A DNA stretch of 64,000 nt, taken from NCBI GenBank assembly GCA_040217195.1, contig JAVJNR010000002.1, forward strand, positions 96,001-160,000. Reading direction: 5' to 3'. The position numbers and the translations under genes were made by a program. This DNA is from Leptospiraceae bacterium. Lineage in GTDB: Bacteria > Spirochaetota > Leptospiria > Leptospirales > Leptonemataceae. Below are positions 45,576 through 55,593 of this stretch, piece by piece; within the stretch, counting starts at the first letter, position 1; each line of letters opens with the position of its first letter. The notes beneath the pieces are model-generated. The model worked only from the letters and a program-made list of their open reading frames with translations, made no database searches and was not told the origin of the DNA.

Positions 45576-47483
45576 TCAGGTGTTTTGATCTACATTCCTG
45601 GCGGATGCCAGTAGCTTCATATGAATCAAATCTATGTCGGGAGGATCCACTCCAGAAATACGAGATGCAGTATCCAGATCGTGCGGACGTAATTTCTTAA
45701 GTTTTTCCAGTGCCTCTTTCTTCAAGTTGGGCACAGTGTCATAATCAAAATCATCCGGAATAATAACACAACGAGCTTTCTCTCTTCGCTGAATGTTTTC
45801 CAGTTCCCGTTTGATATAGCCTTCGTATTTAATTTCCATCTCCAGAATTTCCAGATGATCAGCATCCAGTTGTTCCAGTCCATCAATCATTCCTATGCAG
45901 TCCTGAACCTTAACTTCTGGACGCCGCAGGAAAGCACCCACGCTCTTTCCGAATCCAGCTCGCGGCATCTGAATCTTCCTGCGTTCCAGCGCTGTATCCA
46001 GAGCCGGTCCAGGCTTCAAGCCTGTGGTTTCAATTTTCTGTTTCAGCTCTGCGATACTTTCATATCGCTGCAGCATAGCATTATACTGGCCCTCTTCAAT
46101 GACTCCAAGATCCCGACCATATTTCATCAATCTATGATCTGCATTGTCCTGACGCAATAATAGACGATGTTCCGCCCGACTGGTAAACATTCTGTATGGA
46201 TCATCCACACCTTTAAGCGTCAGATCATCAATTAGCACACCTATATAGGCTTCTTCGCGCCCCAGAATAAGCATTGGCTCATTCCTGCGCTTTCGCACAA
46301 TATTGTAGCCTGCCATCAGCCCCTGGGCTGCAGCCTCTTCGTAGCCAGTGGTACCATTAATCTGACCAGCAAGGTAAAGGGATTGGATCTTTCTGGTTTG
46401 CAGGTCAGGTCCCAGCTCCCGGGGATCTATATAATCGTACTCAACAGCGTATCCGGGCCGAATGATCTCAGCTTCTTCCAGGCCAGCGCAGCTGCGAACA
46501 ATCTGCCATTGTACATCTTCTGGCAGACTGGTGGATATTCCGTTGAGATACAGCTCTCCTGTATGTATTCCTTCTGGTTCTATAAAGATATGATGTCTTT
46601 CTCGCTCTGCGAATCGCACCACTTTGTCTTCTATACTGGGGCAATACCGCGGACCCGTGGATTCGATTTGGCCAGAGTACATAGGGGATCGAGCCAGGTT
46701 ATTCTGAATAATCTGGTGCACTCGCTGGTTTGTATAGGTGATATAACAATCGATCTGCGGCATGGGCAGACTTCGGGTAGAATAGGAAAAGGCAGAGGGC
46801 TCATCGTCTGGTGGCTGTACTTCCAGTTTGTCAAAATCAACCGTGTTTTTTAGAATTCGTGGTGGAGTGCCCGTTTTCAAGCGACCCATCTGAAAATCGA
46901 ATGTATGCAGACATTCGGAAAGCCCCATGGCAGACTGTTCTGCGATTCGGCCGGATCGAGCCTGGTATTCTCCTATGTGGATCTTCCCTCCCAGAAAGGT
47001 ACCGGTTGTTAAAACGATGTCAGAAGCATACAGTTCAAGTCCGCGACCGGTGATGACTCCTGTGATTCGATTACCGTCCAGGATCAAAGACTCGCATGTA
47101 TCCTGGCGGAACGTTAATCCGGGTATTTCCTCAAGAGTCCATTTAACCAGATTCTGATACGCTTTCTTTTCAGCCTGGGCCCGAGGCGCCCATACGGCAG
47201 GCCCTCGGGACCGATTGAGCATTTTAAAATGAATTCCGGTCTGATCGATGATACGACCCATCAGCCCACCCAGCGCATCGATTTCCCGTACCATGTGTCC
47301 CTTGGCAATTCCTCCAATGGCAGGATTGCAGGACATCTGACCGATAGTATCCAGGTTCATGGTCAAAAGCAGTGTCTTTAATCCGGATCGGGCCGTGATG
47401 GCCGCCGCCTCTGTGCCGGCATGCCCCGCTCCTACTACGATAACGTCATACTGGTTGGGGATGGAGTTGGTCTCTTTTTCCAT
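45576..47483 (-). CDS. mnmG: tRNA uridine-5-carboxymethylaminomethyl modification enzyme MnmG (GidA)
   Basis: 'GAGHAG', 'MSCNPAIGG', 'RLKTGTPPR', '[11 protein letters not shown]', '[17 protein letters not shown]'. Confidence 0.97.
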   Translation of the reverse strand: MEKETNSIPNQYDVIVVGAGHAGTEAAAITARSGLKTLLLTMNLDTIGQMSCNPAIGGIAKGHMVREIDALGGLMGRIIDQTGIHFKMLNRSRGPAVWAPRAQAEKKAYQNLVKWTLEEIPGLTFRQDTCESLILDGNRITGVITGRGLELYASDIVLTTGTFLGGKIHIGEYQARSGRIAEQSAMGLSECLHTFDFQMGRLKTGTPPRILKNTVDFDKLEVQPPDDEPSAFSYSTRSLPMPQIDCYITYTNQRVHQIIQNNLARSPMYSGQIESTGPRYCPSIEDKVVRFAERERHHIFIEPEGIHTGELYLNGISTSLPEDVQWQIVRSCAGLEEAEIIRPGYAVEYDYIDPRELGPDLQTRKIQSLYLAGQINGTTGYEEAAAQGLMAGYNIVRKRRNEPMLILGREEAYIGVLIDDLTLKGVDDPYRMFTSRAEHRLLLRQDNADHRLMKYGRDLGVIEEGQYNAMLQRYESIAELKQKIETTGLKPGPALDTALERRKIQMPRAGFGKSVGAFLRRPEVKVQDCIGMIDGLEQLDADHLEILEMEIKYEGYIKRELENIQRREKARCVIIPDDFDYDTVPNLKKEALEKLKKLRPHDLDTASRISGVDPPDIDLIHMKLLASARNVDQNT

Positions 47484-47762
47484 TGGTTTGGCCAAAGTCT
47501 GCAAAAGGGCTAGAGATTCGCCTGAATCGCATTAGCACAGGCGTTTCATATAATATAGATACAGTGGCAGGATTTGGACAGCCAGTGAGGGAACAAGCAT
47601 CTATGGAACCAGGATTTCAGCCCCATTCCTGTGGGTTGCAGCCTGCGGTTTCGACAACGTTGCGGTCTAGAGACATAAGACGGATTGACAGATTGAAAAG
47701 GCCCGGGAACTGTTCGAATCAGCCTGGAAACCAGTAATCTTCTGTATCAATTCAAATAAGCA

Positions 47763-50075
47763 ATGACCGACACTCAGAATAACATGCATCGAAATTTAAT
47801 TATCATAGGCGGTGGGGCCCTGCAGGTTCCAGTCATTGAGGCTGCCCGCAGTATGGAGCTAAATCCAATTGTCTTTGATATGGACAGTGAAGCACCTGGC
47901 AAAGCTCTAGCCTCACGGTTTATACAGATGAGTACCCGGGACATCGATGGCTGCGTCCGTGAAGCCAAACGATTGAGCCAGGAGTTGTCTATCCATGGTG
48001 TAATCACTGCCGGCACCGATGCCTCCCGGGCTGTGTCTGCCATTGCGGCTGCTCTGGAGCTTCCGGGTATTCGCTACAACGATGCAGAAGCTGCATCCAA
48101 CAAGGTGCTGATGCGAAAGCGGCTCAGACAGGCTGGAGTTCCCATTCCGAATTTCTTCTCTGTCTGGAACCTGAAGGAAGCTCGCGAGGGTCTGGATGAA
48201 CTTGGTTGTCCCGCTGTGCTGAAGCCTGCAGAGAATATGGGTGCCCGGGGAGTAATCAAAATCCGCAACCGGTCAGAACTGGCTGCTGCATACAGACATT
48301 CTAAAAGACATTCCACTACTGGTGAAATGATTCTGGAGGAATATATGGATGGCCCCGAGTTGTCCGTGGATGCCCTGGCTTTCAATGGGCAATACTGGAT
48401 GACAGGAATAGCGGATCGTATCATAGATAAAGAGCCATTCTTCATAGAGCGAGGGCATAACATGCCTTCGGCCATGTCTGAATCCGTGCTTCAAGAAGTG
48501 GAACGGGTGATGATTGCCGGTATGAAAGCCCTGGGCATCCATACAGGTGCAGGAAAAGGGGATATCAAAGTCACCTCAGAAGGGGTGAAGATAGGTGAGC
48601 TGGCGGCGCGTCTATCGGGCGGCTGGATGTCTTCGCATACCTTTCCTCTGCACAGCGGAGTAAATCTTTATCAGGCGGCCATCCGAATTGCCCTGGGCGA
48701 AGAGCCTGGAAGCTTGAGTCCTCAAAGAAGTCGGATTGTAATCGAAAGAGGTCTGTTTTCGCCGGCCGGTCGGATCGTATCTCTGGGCGGTCGGGAAGCA
48801 ATGATTTCCGTTCCCGGCGTGGAGGAGGTAATACTCACTCGGAAAGCCGGATCCATCATGCAGGAGTTGACCAGCAATATCGAAAAGGTGGGCCACATCA
48901 TAGCATCGGGTCAGACTCTTGCAGAAGCAGAGAAGGCGGCCGAACAGGCAAGGGATCTGTTTGAGCTGGAAGTGGACGAGACCGCTGGAATAAACTGGGC
49001 TACTGTGGAAGAGAGGGCCCGAGAACGATTTTCCGAAAGTGTGTGCTGGGTTTGCAAGGCCTGCGATGGTCAGAATTGTGCCAGCGGTGTTCCTGGAATG
49101 GGTGGTACCGGTACCCAGCGAAGTTTTCAGGACAATTCTCTGGCGCTCAGCGAATGGCGAATCGTTCCTAATTATGTTCGACCTTCTGTCAGCCCGGATA
49201 CCGGTATTGAGCTGTTTGGAAAGCATCTGGAGCATCCAATACTGGGAGCACCCATGACCGGTGCAGGAACCAATCTGAAGGAGGCTTTGAGTGAAGCAGA
49301 GTTGGCTCAGGGCATGCTTCGAGCTTACCGAGAAACTGGCAGTCTGGCCTTCCTTGGCGATGGTGCATCTCTGGGAAAGTTTCCCACAATTCTGGATGCT
49401 CTGGAACAGGAGGAGGGGTTTGGAGTTCTAATATGCAAACCCAGGGAGGATACCCGGGAAATTGTTAATCGAATGCAGGCTGCCATTGATCGAGGCGTAC
49501 TTGCTGTAGGCATGGATATCGATGCTCTGGCATTTAAGACCCTTCATCTCAGGGGTCAGCGAGGCCTGGCCCGGCCTTCCGAGGATATCGAACGTATTCG
49601 AAACAGCGTAAAGGCTCCGTTCATTCTAAAAGGTATTTTGAATGCATCGGATGCTATGGCTGCGGCCAAGGCTGGAGTGGATGCAATTGTAGTTTCGAAT
49701 CATGGCGGTAGGGTACTGGATGAAGCTCCCGGGGCTGCCAGGGTTCTATCGGAAGTAAGGCAGGCCTGGCTGGAACATGGTGGAAGCCCGGAAGGTCTTC
49801 TGGCCGATGGCGGTGTGCGATCCGGCGCCGACGCTTTTAAATACATGGTCCTTGGGGCCCAGGCCGTTCTGGTGGGCCGTCCATCGGTGATTGCGCTTGC
49901 CGGTGGAGGCCAGGCGGCGCTGAGATTCCTGATACAATCCTATGCTCGAGAACTTAGAGACACCATGCATTTAAGTGGAGTGTCCCGGGTGAATGATCTG
50001 CCAGGAAGCGGACTGCTTCAAAGAGTGGCCAATGGTGGTGACTCTTTTGGCTCAACCGTGTCCAGAAAGCTCTGA
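47763..50075 (+). CDS. Fusion of an ATP-grasp ligase and an FMN-dependent alpha-hydroxy-acid dehydrogenase with a Cys cluster
   Basis: N-half 'VLKP...GARGV', 'EEYMDGPELSVD', 'ELAARLSG'; 'CWVCKACDGQNC'; C-half 'ILKGI', 'VSNHGGR', 'ADGGVRSG', 'VGRP'. Confidence 0.85.
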   Translation: MTDTQNNMHRNLIIIGGGALQVPVIEAARSMELNPIVFDMDSEAPGKALASRFIQMSTRDIDGCVREAKRLSQELSIHGVITAGTDASRAVSAIAAALELPGIRYNDAEAASNKVLMRKRLRQAGVPIPNFFSVWNLKEAREGLDELGCPAVLKPAENMGARGVIKIRNRSELAAAYRHSKRHSTTGEMILEEYMDGPELSVDALAFNGQYWMTGIADRIIDKEPFFIERGHNMPSAMSESVLQEVERVMIAGMKALGIHTGAGKGDIKVTSEGVKIGELAARLSGGWMSSHTFPLHSGVNLYQAAIRIALGEEPGSLSPQRSRIVIERGLFSPAGRIVSLGGREAMISVPGVEEVILTRKAGSIMQELTSNIEKVGHIIASGQTLAEAEKAAEQARDLFELEVDETAGINWATVEERARERFSESVCWVCKACDGQNCASGVPGMGGTGTQRSFQDNSLALSEWRIVPNYVRPSVSPDTGIELFGKHLEHPILGAPMTGAGTNLKEALSEAELAQGMLRAYRETGSLAFLGDGASLGKFPTILDALEQEEGFGVLICKPREDTREIVNRMQAAIDRGVLAVGMDIDALAFKTLHLRGQRGLARPSEDIERIRNSVKAPFILKGILNASDAMAAAKAGVDAIVVSNHGGRVLDEAPGAARVLSEVRQAWLEHGGSPEGLLADGGVRSGADAFKYMVLGAQAVLVGRPSVIALAGGGQAALRFLIQSYARELRDTMHLSGVSRVNDLPGSGLLQRVANGGDSFGSTVSRKL

Positions 50076-50683
50076 AACCTGCCGGACCAGGATTTGGCGA
50101 GATTGCGTAGATTAACCTCTGAGCCCAGAATGTCTCGAATGCTACCAGGCTCAAATTGATTGAGGCCGCAGGCCACGATGTTCTGGAATGTGCTCAGGTC
50201 GTTATTCACGTTGATTGCGACTCCGGAGGACGTAAAAAAACGACCTGCTTCAATTCCAATGGAGCAAACCTTTTTGTTCCGGTAGTAAAGTCCCGGATAA
50301 TCGGATCGCACGACCAGAGTTACGCCAGTTTCTTCTTTCACGGACTCAGCGGAGATGGAAAGCAGTGCCTTGAAAAAATCAGAAAGCGAAACTTTACGAA
50401 TCTTCAGATCTATGTGAGGATAAATCACCAGCTGGCCGGGCTCATGAGCCGTTAGATCACCCCCGCGCTTAATGGGTATCAATGGAACTCCCACTTTCTG
50501 AAGCGCTTCATTGCTTTTCAATAGATGACTCTCTTTCCATTGAATGCCACCGGTAATCGTAGGCGGATGCTGACAGAATAACAATAGCTCCCGGCGCTGA
50601 CTTCGTAGTTCCTGTTGCCAGTTTTGATAGGCCTCGTAGGGCAGTAATTCCTCTCTGAATTCGATGGACATCTCAGTTTTCAT
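50018..50683 (-). CDS. lipB: Lipoyl(octanoyl) transferase LipB
   Basis: 'QHPPTITGG', 'RGGDLTAHEPGQLVIYP', 'KVCSIG', 'GVAINV', 'IVACG'. Confidence 0.9.
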   Translation of the reverse strand: MKTEMSIEFREELLPYEAYQNWQQELRSQRRELLLFCQHPPTITGGIQWKESHLLKSNEALQKVGVPLIPIKRGGDLTAHEPGQLVIYPHIDLKIRKVSLSDFFKALLSISAESVKEETGVTLVVRSDYPGLYYRNKKVCSIGIEAGRFFTSSGVAINVNNDLSTFQNIVACGLNQFEPGSIRDILGSEVNLRNLAKSWSGRFQSFLDTVEPKESPPLATL

Positions 50684-50688
50684 GCCGT

Positions 50689-50718
50689 TTCAGGGGCGGC
50701 CCTCCTGAACCCTTTTTT
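50689..50718 (+). terminator. Possible + strand terminator hairpin immediately upstream of the lipB start
   Basis: TTCAGG-gg-cggc-cct-CCTGAA then CCCTTTTTT. Confidence 0.35.
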
Positions 50719-50755
50719 ACTTTTTGAAAAATCATTCTATGTTCTGCCAGGGGAT

Positions 50756-51379
50756 TCACTCAGAAATCATGGGAACAAACCTTACAGCCAGAATCCGCTT
50801 TCTATAAATGCCCTGTGGGGTATTCTCTACAAGGTAAAGATACTGGGATTGTTGCCCTGCTGGCAAAACCATTTTTCCCCCCGGTAGCAACTGGCCTTCC
50901 AGGTGAGTCGGATAATCTGTAAAAGAGGCCGCCGCCAGTATTGCCTGGAATGCCTGTCCGGGAATGCCACCGGAGCCATCCCCTGATTGAATTTCTACAT
51001 TTTCAATACCCAGAGTCTCAAGGTTCCTTCTGGCCCGGTGGACCAGCTCCGGCACTAGCTCGAACCCGATGACTCGGGGAAATATCTGAGCCAAAACGGC
51101 GCTCTGGTATCCGCAGCCCGACCCCAATTCCAGCACTGTGCCTACTTCTACATCGGATGGAGGTAGAATGGCACGGGTCATGAATGCAACAATGTAAGGC
51201 TGGCTAATGGTCTGGTTATGACCGATGGGAAGCGGCCCGTCCTCGTAAGCGCGTGCCTGATACTCCTCCGGGACAAAGTGGGCCCGGTCCACCGCAGCCA
51301 TGGCCTTTAGAACTCGGGAATCGGTAATTCCTCGATCAATGATCTGATCCTGAATCATACTTTTCATTGAGTCATTCAT
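50756..51379 (-). CDS. pcm: Protein-L-isoaspartate O-methyltransferase
   Basis: 'QTISQPYIVA', 'LELGSGCGYQSAVL', 'VRFVPM'. Confidence 0.93.
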   Translation of the reverse strand: MNDSMKSMIQDQIIDRGITDSRVLKAMAAVDRAHFVPEEYQARAYEDGPLPIGHNQTISQPYIVAFMTRAILPPSDVEVGTVLELGSGCGYQSAVLAQIFPRVIGFELVPELVHRARRNLETLGIENVEIQSGDGSGGIPGQAFQAILAAASFTDYPTHLEGQLLPGGKMVLPAGQQSQYLYLVENTPQGIYRKRILAVRFVPMISE

Positions 51380-51506
51380 AAAGGCTCGGACTACATTTTC
51401 ATATCTGCAGAAATCACCGCAACCAAAAGGAACAAGGTGGGGAATGCGAATCCGGACCCGCTTTGTGCTTGCATGACACCAGAACTATGTAAGAATTTGG
51501 GCAACT

Positions 51507-52253
51507 ATGAAGCGTCTATTTACAATTCTTTTGGTAGGTGTCCTGGCAGTGTCCAGCGGCAGTTGCTTTCAAATAATGAATTATTTACAATTCAATCCGG
51601 ATGGCAGTCTTGATGTTACCTGGAGATTTACTGTATCAAAATCCCTGGCCAATGCTTCGGAGAAGTCCGGAGAAGGGGATGGCAAAGATTTTGAAACCGA
51701 AATGGCAAACGGTCGTAAGGAACTGGAAAACCAGCTAAAGGACCGGGTCGATGATTTGAAAGTAGATGTCATTAGCACCGAATACGATGCAGGAATGATA
51801 ATTCGTTTCAAGGTCCCGGATGTAAAGAAGATGCCGGACCTGGCTCAGAAAGTGGGGGACGATAAGTTACCTTCATTCCCACTATACGATCCGAAAACCA
51901 ATACACTCCGAATCAAATTTGAACAGGAAGAAAAGGCCGAGGCACCAAAAAACGATACAACTGCTGAAAGCGCTGAAACACCGGAAAACTCGGAGCAAGG
52001 AAATGAAAATTCTAACCCTCAGCAGTCTGGTGATGAAATGGGAAAGGAGCTTGCGAAGATGATCCTTTCCTCTGCTCGATATCAGGTTTTTATTACAGGT
52101 AAAATTCCTGTGAAGGCCACTGCTATTGGCTCGGAAGAGAAATCGGTAGAGATAGTTAAACTGGGAAATAGCTATCTGGTTGATTATCCTTTTATGAGTT
52201 CCGTGGTATCCGAGGAGCAGGACATAGAACTTATTATTCAGTTAGAGAAATGA
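51507..52253 (+). CDS. Hypothetical lipoprotein
   Basis: Signal peptide ending 'SSGSC'; 'FNPDGS' near the N-terminus. Confidence 0.7.
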   Translation: MKRLFTILLVGVLAVSSGSCFQIMNYLQFNPDGSLDVTWRFTVSKSLANASEKSGEGDGKDFETEMANGRKELENQLKDRVDDLKVDVISTEYDAGMIIRFKVPDVKKMPDLAQKVGDDKLPSFPLYDPKTNTLRIKFEQEEKAEAPKNDTTAESAETPENSEQGNENSNPQQSGDEMGKELAKMILSSARYQVFITGKIPVKATAIGSEEKSVEIVKLGNSYLVDYPFMSSVVSEEQDIELIIQLEK

Positions 52254-53425
52254 TTCTACTATTTCCAATTGCTATTCTGGATATTCTTGTCTGGCCGGAG
52301 GCGGGTACAACTTCGTTTATAGGGCTGTTTCTTTTTGTTGGAGCGTTGGTTGTAACCTTTGTGCTTTTCCGCGTGGCCTCGTATCGCAAGACAAGAAGGC
52401 TGGAAAACATGGACATTGTAATGCACCATGCATACGGCAGACATGTGGCCGGAAAGGAAATTCAAAGACTAAAGAATTTTCTGGAAGGCAGTGCGGATAA
52501 GGATCTGGAGGCCTTTCGGAAGAGCTTTGGAAATATGCGAAAACCCCTGCTATTGTTTGTGAGAGAACATCCGGATAAAGACTCGGTGCGGTTGTATCAG
52601 AAAATTGCAGTGGATGGTCTGGGTAGCACCATGGATGGGGATGCAGATGTCCATCGAGGAGAAATAGGCCTGACTGAAATTGCTGGTCGAAAATGCATTT
52701 TTCTGATCACTGACATCGGAGAACAGCTGGAATTTGTTGTACCGCATTCCGCTCCCCGTATAGAACAGAAATCCATTCGAGGCTATATGTATAGGCCTCA
52801 GTCCGGAGGGTACAATGTGGCAATCTCCATCGACAGAACTCTAACCGGCGGTCATTACCTTGGAGATATTACTGCAGTGGAAGAGGCGGAAGACCGTCAC
52901 CGTATGTCTTTCATGGAATTAGAAGGTAAGATTCGGGCCTACATTCCCGAAACTGGCCTGGAGCTTCAGGATAAACGGCCTGCTAGTCGAACAGACCCTA
53001 CCTCTAAAAAGAAGACATCAGCCAGTAGTGTTCGCAAGGCTATGGACCTGGACGTAGCGGGTAGTGCAGCCCGGCCGCCCATGCCAACCGCCAATCCAAG
53101 TTCTTCTGATTCCAGAGCTGCGGATCCGGCTGATGTGGAAAGGGAGACTATTGAATTTCCTATCACAGTGGAGAAAATTTCTGACCGGGCTGCAGCGTTT
53201 GTGGCAGAACATGATATAATGAGCTATACAAGGTTCCATCATCTATGGGAGTTCCGCTTGACCCTCTTTGATGGCACCGATTTCATGAGCCGGGGCATTT
53301 TCTCTCCGCTACCACAGGGCTCCCATCGATATCTATTTCGATTTCAGGAAACTGAACCGTCCCTTATTGTGGCGCTTAAGAGAGAAATAGAAAACAATCA
53401 GCCTTTTCCGGAACGGATGAACTAA
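52250..53425 (+). CDS. Hypothetical membrane-anchored protein, possibly with a degenerate PilZ-like C-terminus
   Basis: N-terminal TM; ATGA overlap with the upstream gene; 'EKISDRAAAF' and terminal 'FRF' resemble a PilZ barrel. Confidence 0.6.
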   Translation: MILLFPIAILDILVWPEAGTTSFIGLFLFVGALVVTFVLFRVASYRKTRRLENMDIVMHHAYGRHVAGKEIQRLKNFLEGSADKDLEAFRKSFGNMRKPLLLFVREHPDKDSVRLYQKIAVDGLGSTMDGDADVHRGEIGLTEIAGRKCIFLITDIGEQLEFVVPHSAPRIEQKSIRGYMYRPQSGGYNVAISIDRTLTGGHYLGDITAVEEAEDRHRMSFMELEGKIRAYIPETGLELQDKRPASRTDPTSKKKTSASSVRKAMDLDVAGSAARPPMPTANPSSSDSRAADPADVERETIEFPITVEKISDRAAAFVAEHDIMSYTRFHHLWEFRLTLFDGTDFMSRGIFSPLPQGSHRYLFRFQETEPSLIVALKREIENNQPFPERMN

Positions 53426-53468
53426 GACCGGTATCTGGAACTGGAGAGAGCCCCCAGAGAGGACCTCT

Positions 53469-54062
53469 ATGCGCATTGCGGCTTATCATATTCACTATCT
53501 CCTTGCCTTTGTTCTGGTAGCTTATGCTTTTCTATGTCTCTGGTTAGATTCCAGGCTGAGCAAGGATAAGCCTATCTCTGATGCCACGCGGAAGGCCCAT
53601 AAACAATATGCGCTCACGGTAAAGGTCATGCAGTACGTTACAATAGTAACTTTGCTAACCGGAGTTTATTTACTTTCATTTCTTTTGAGCGCCATAGAGA
53701 ACACGCCAATTCCTTTCACCGCATTCACCTGGGCCTATATAAAAGTGTTTCTCTTTCTTGCTCTAACCGGCATCATGGGTGCACTGGGAAGCATTCCGTT
53801 GAAGAAGAGATTATATGCTCTAGATGCAGGCGGAAACGATGCGGATCTTCAAAATTCGACTGCAAAGAAGTTGCAACTATTCAAACTGCTCCAGCTTACA
53901 ATTATAGTAATCATGTTTGGTCTGGGTACTTACAGGCCAGGAACAGTAACCATTGAAAAAGTACAGCCCCAGGATAGTCAGCCAATGCAGGACTCCGGCG
54001 AATCCCGGAGCGAAACCGAACGGCCGCCTGTGCCGGACAATCCTGCGCCCGGCTCCGATTGA
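53469..54062 (+). CDS. Hypothetical 4-TM membrane protein
   Basis: Four hydrophobic segments; GAGG upstream. Confidence 0.7.
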   Translation: MRIAAYHIHYLLAFVLVAYAFLCLWLDSRLSKDKPISDATRKAHKQYALTVKVMQYVTIVTLLTGVYLLSFLLSAIENTPIPFTAFTWAYIKVFLFLALTGIMGALGSIPLKKRLYALDAGGNDADLQNSTAKKLQLFKLLQLTIIVIMFGLGTYRPGTVTIEKVQPQDSQPMQDSGESRSETERPPVPDNPAPGSD

Positions 54063-54130
54063 GTTCTACGCTGAAGGTATGATTTCAGTCCACCCCGACC
54101 CAGAGCTAATTCGAAATCGGCACGGGTTAA

Positions 54131-54952
54131 TCAGGATTTATACTGCGGTCGACGCCGTTCTTTGAAAGCTGATTGCAGTTCCCGGAAATCCTCGCTGTCC
54201 AGGAAGGCCGCATTCCATACAGCTACATAGTTAAGTCCTTCTTCCGGAGTGTGCCTTTCCATGTAGTTTAGCTGCTCTTTCACGCCTCTTAATACAATAC
54301 CAGGATTGGCGGCTACTTCGGTGGCCATATTCTGAGCGGCCTGGTGAAGAGATTCTTGATCCGGGTAAAGCTCGCTGAAAAGCCCCATGTCCTGACATTT
54401 GGTTGCACTGTAGTCCGAACCAGTAAATGCCATAAGACGTGTATTTCCCTGACCAATAATGCTTGGAAGCCTGTTTAAGCTGCACATATCTGCAACAATG
54501 GCCACCTTCGTTTCTCGGAGGCTTACCGAGGCATCCTGAGCCGCCAGACGTAGATCGCAGGCGCAGATGAGATCCAGCGCCCCACCTATGCAGTGTTTAT
54601 GTACTGCACCTATAAAAACGATCCTGCTATTCATCATCTTGATGAATCCGCTTTGCATTTGTTGAATGAGTGCCAGAAATTCCATTCTCTTATCGGCTGT
54701 GGCACCCTGGATTATGTCGCCAAACTTCTCTCCGAACTCATTTAGCTCCAGACCAATGGAAAAGGATTTCTTTCTGGAAGCAATGACCACGCATTTAATA
54801 TTGGAATCCCTTTCCAGGTAATCCACCAGTTCTGGCAGCTCCTTCCAGAAATCCCAGACCATGGAATTTCTGGCATCGGGACCGTTAAGATATACAGTGG
54901 CGGTTCGATTTTCTGATTGTTTTTCAATTTCAAAGAAGTTGAATTGGCCCAT
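54131..54952 (-). CDS. Crotonase/enoyl-CoA hydratase-family protein (dienoyl-CoA isomerase-like)
   Basis: 'FSIGLEL', 'CIGGALDLICACDLR', 'RETKVAIVADM', 'AVWNAAFL'. Confidence 0.9.
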   Translation of the reverse strand: MGQFNFFEIEKQSENRTATVYLNGPDARNSMVWDFWKELPELVDYLERDSNIKCVVIASRKKSFSIGLELNEFGEKFGDIIQGATADKRMEFLALIQQMQSGFIKMMNSRIVFIGAVHKHCIGGALDLICACDLRLAAQDASVSLRETKVAIVADMCSLNRLPSIIGQGNTRLMAFTGSDYSATKCQDMGLFSELYPDQESLHQAAQNMATEVAANPGIVLRGVKEQLNYMERHTPEEGLNYVAVWNAAFLDSEDFRELQSAFKERRRPQYKS

Positions 54953-54994
54953 AGGGGAAAGGGCCCATCTCCGGATGAGCCCGCAAGCTTAAAA

Positions 54995-55588
54995 ATGAAG
55001 CCAAACCAACTGAAAGAGAGACTGGAGGAACCGGGACAGTCCTTCCGATTGGGAAGTGTAATACAGGAAGTGGCAGCGGAGGCGCGTTCAAATCCGGAGA
55101 TGATGGAATCTCTGGATTCGTTACTCAAGGAATGCAAGGACCCGGATTTCTGGCGGACAGGAGCTCGATGGGGCAGCACACTGTTTCATACCATCGTTCG
55201 TGTGGGAAATTCTCGTTCAATGATGTTGTTGCTCGGATTTGCTCGTTCTTTACCTGAAGATTATCCGTTTGGCCCGGTGGATTTGCTGGGCAACATCTTG
55301 CCTCTATACGGGCATATCATGATAGGCCCGGCCAAAGAACTTGTTCGATCCTCCAGTGATGCGTCCGAGGCAGTGGGATTGCAGACACTATGCCAGCTCT
55401 ATCTGGATGGTGTAGTCCACGGAGACAATGCAGCATACCTGAAGGCATTGATTTCAGAGTTTGAAGGCGATAGTTATCTTTCGCAAAACATTGTGGAGCT
55501 GGTGCAGAATTCAATGCAGAGAGTTAATCTTGAAGAGAGTGAAACCATAGATCCAGAAGATGTACTGGTGGAGCTGGGCGAACTTTAA
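54995..55588 (+). CDS. Hypothetical protein
   Basis: ATG 54995 avoids overlap with the divergent crotonase; acidic helical protein. Confidence 0.65.
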   Translation: MKPNQLKERLEEPGQSFRLGSVIQEVAAEARSNPEMMESLDSLLKECKDPDFWRTGARWGSTLFHTIVRVGNSRSMMLLLGFARSLPEDYPFGPVDLLGNILPLYGHIMIGPAKELVRSSSDASEAVGLQTLCQLYLDGVVHGDNAAYLKALISEFEGDSYLSQNIVELVQNSMQRVNLEESETIDPEDVLVELGEL

Positions 55589-55593
55589 TTGGA

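Noticed and set aside
47484..47762. oriC upstream of mnmG
   Set aside because: No clustered TTATCCACA DnaA boxes, no extended AT-rich unwinding element, and no dnaA nearby.
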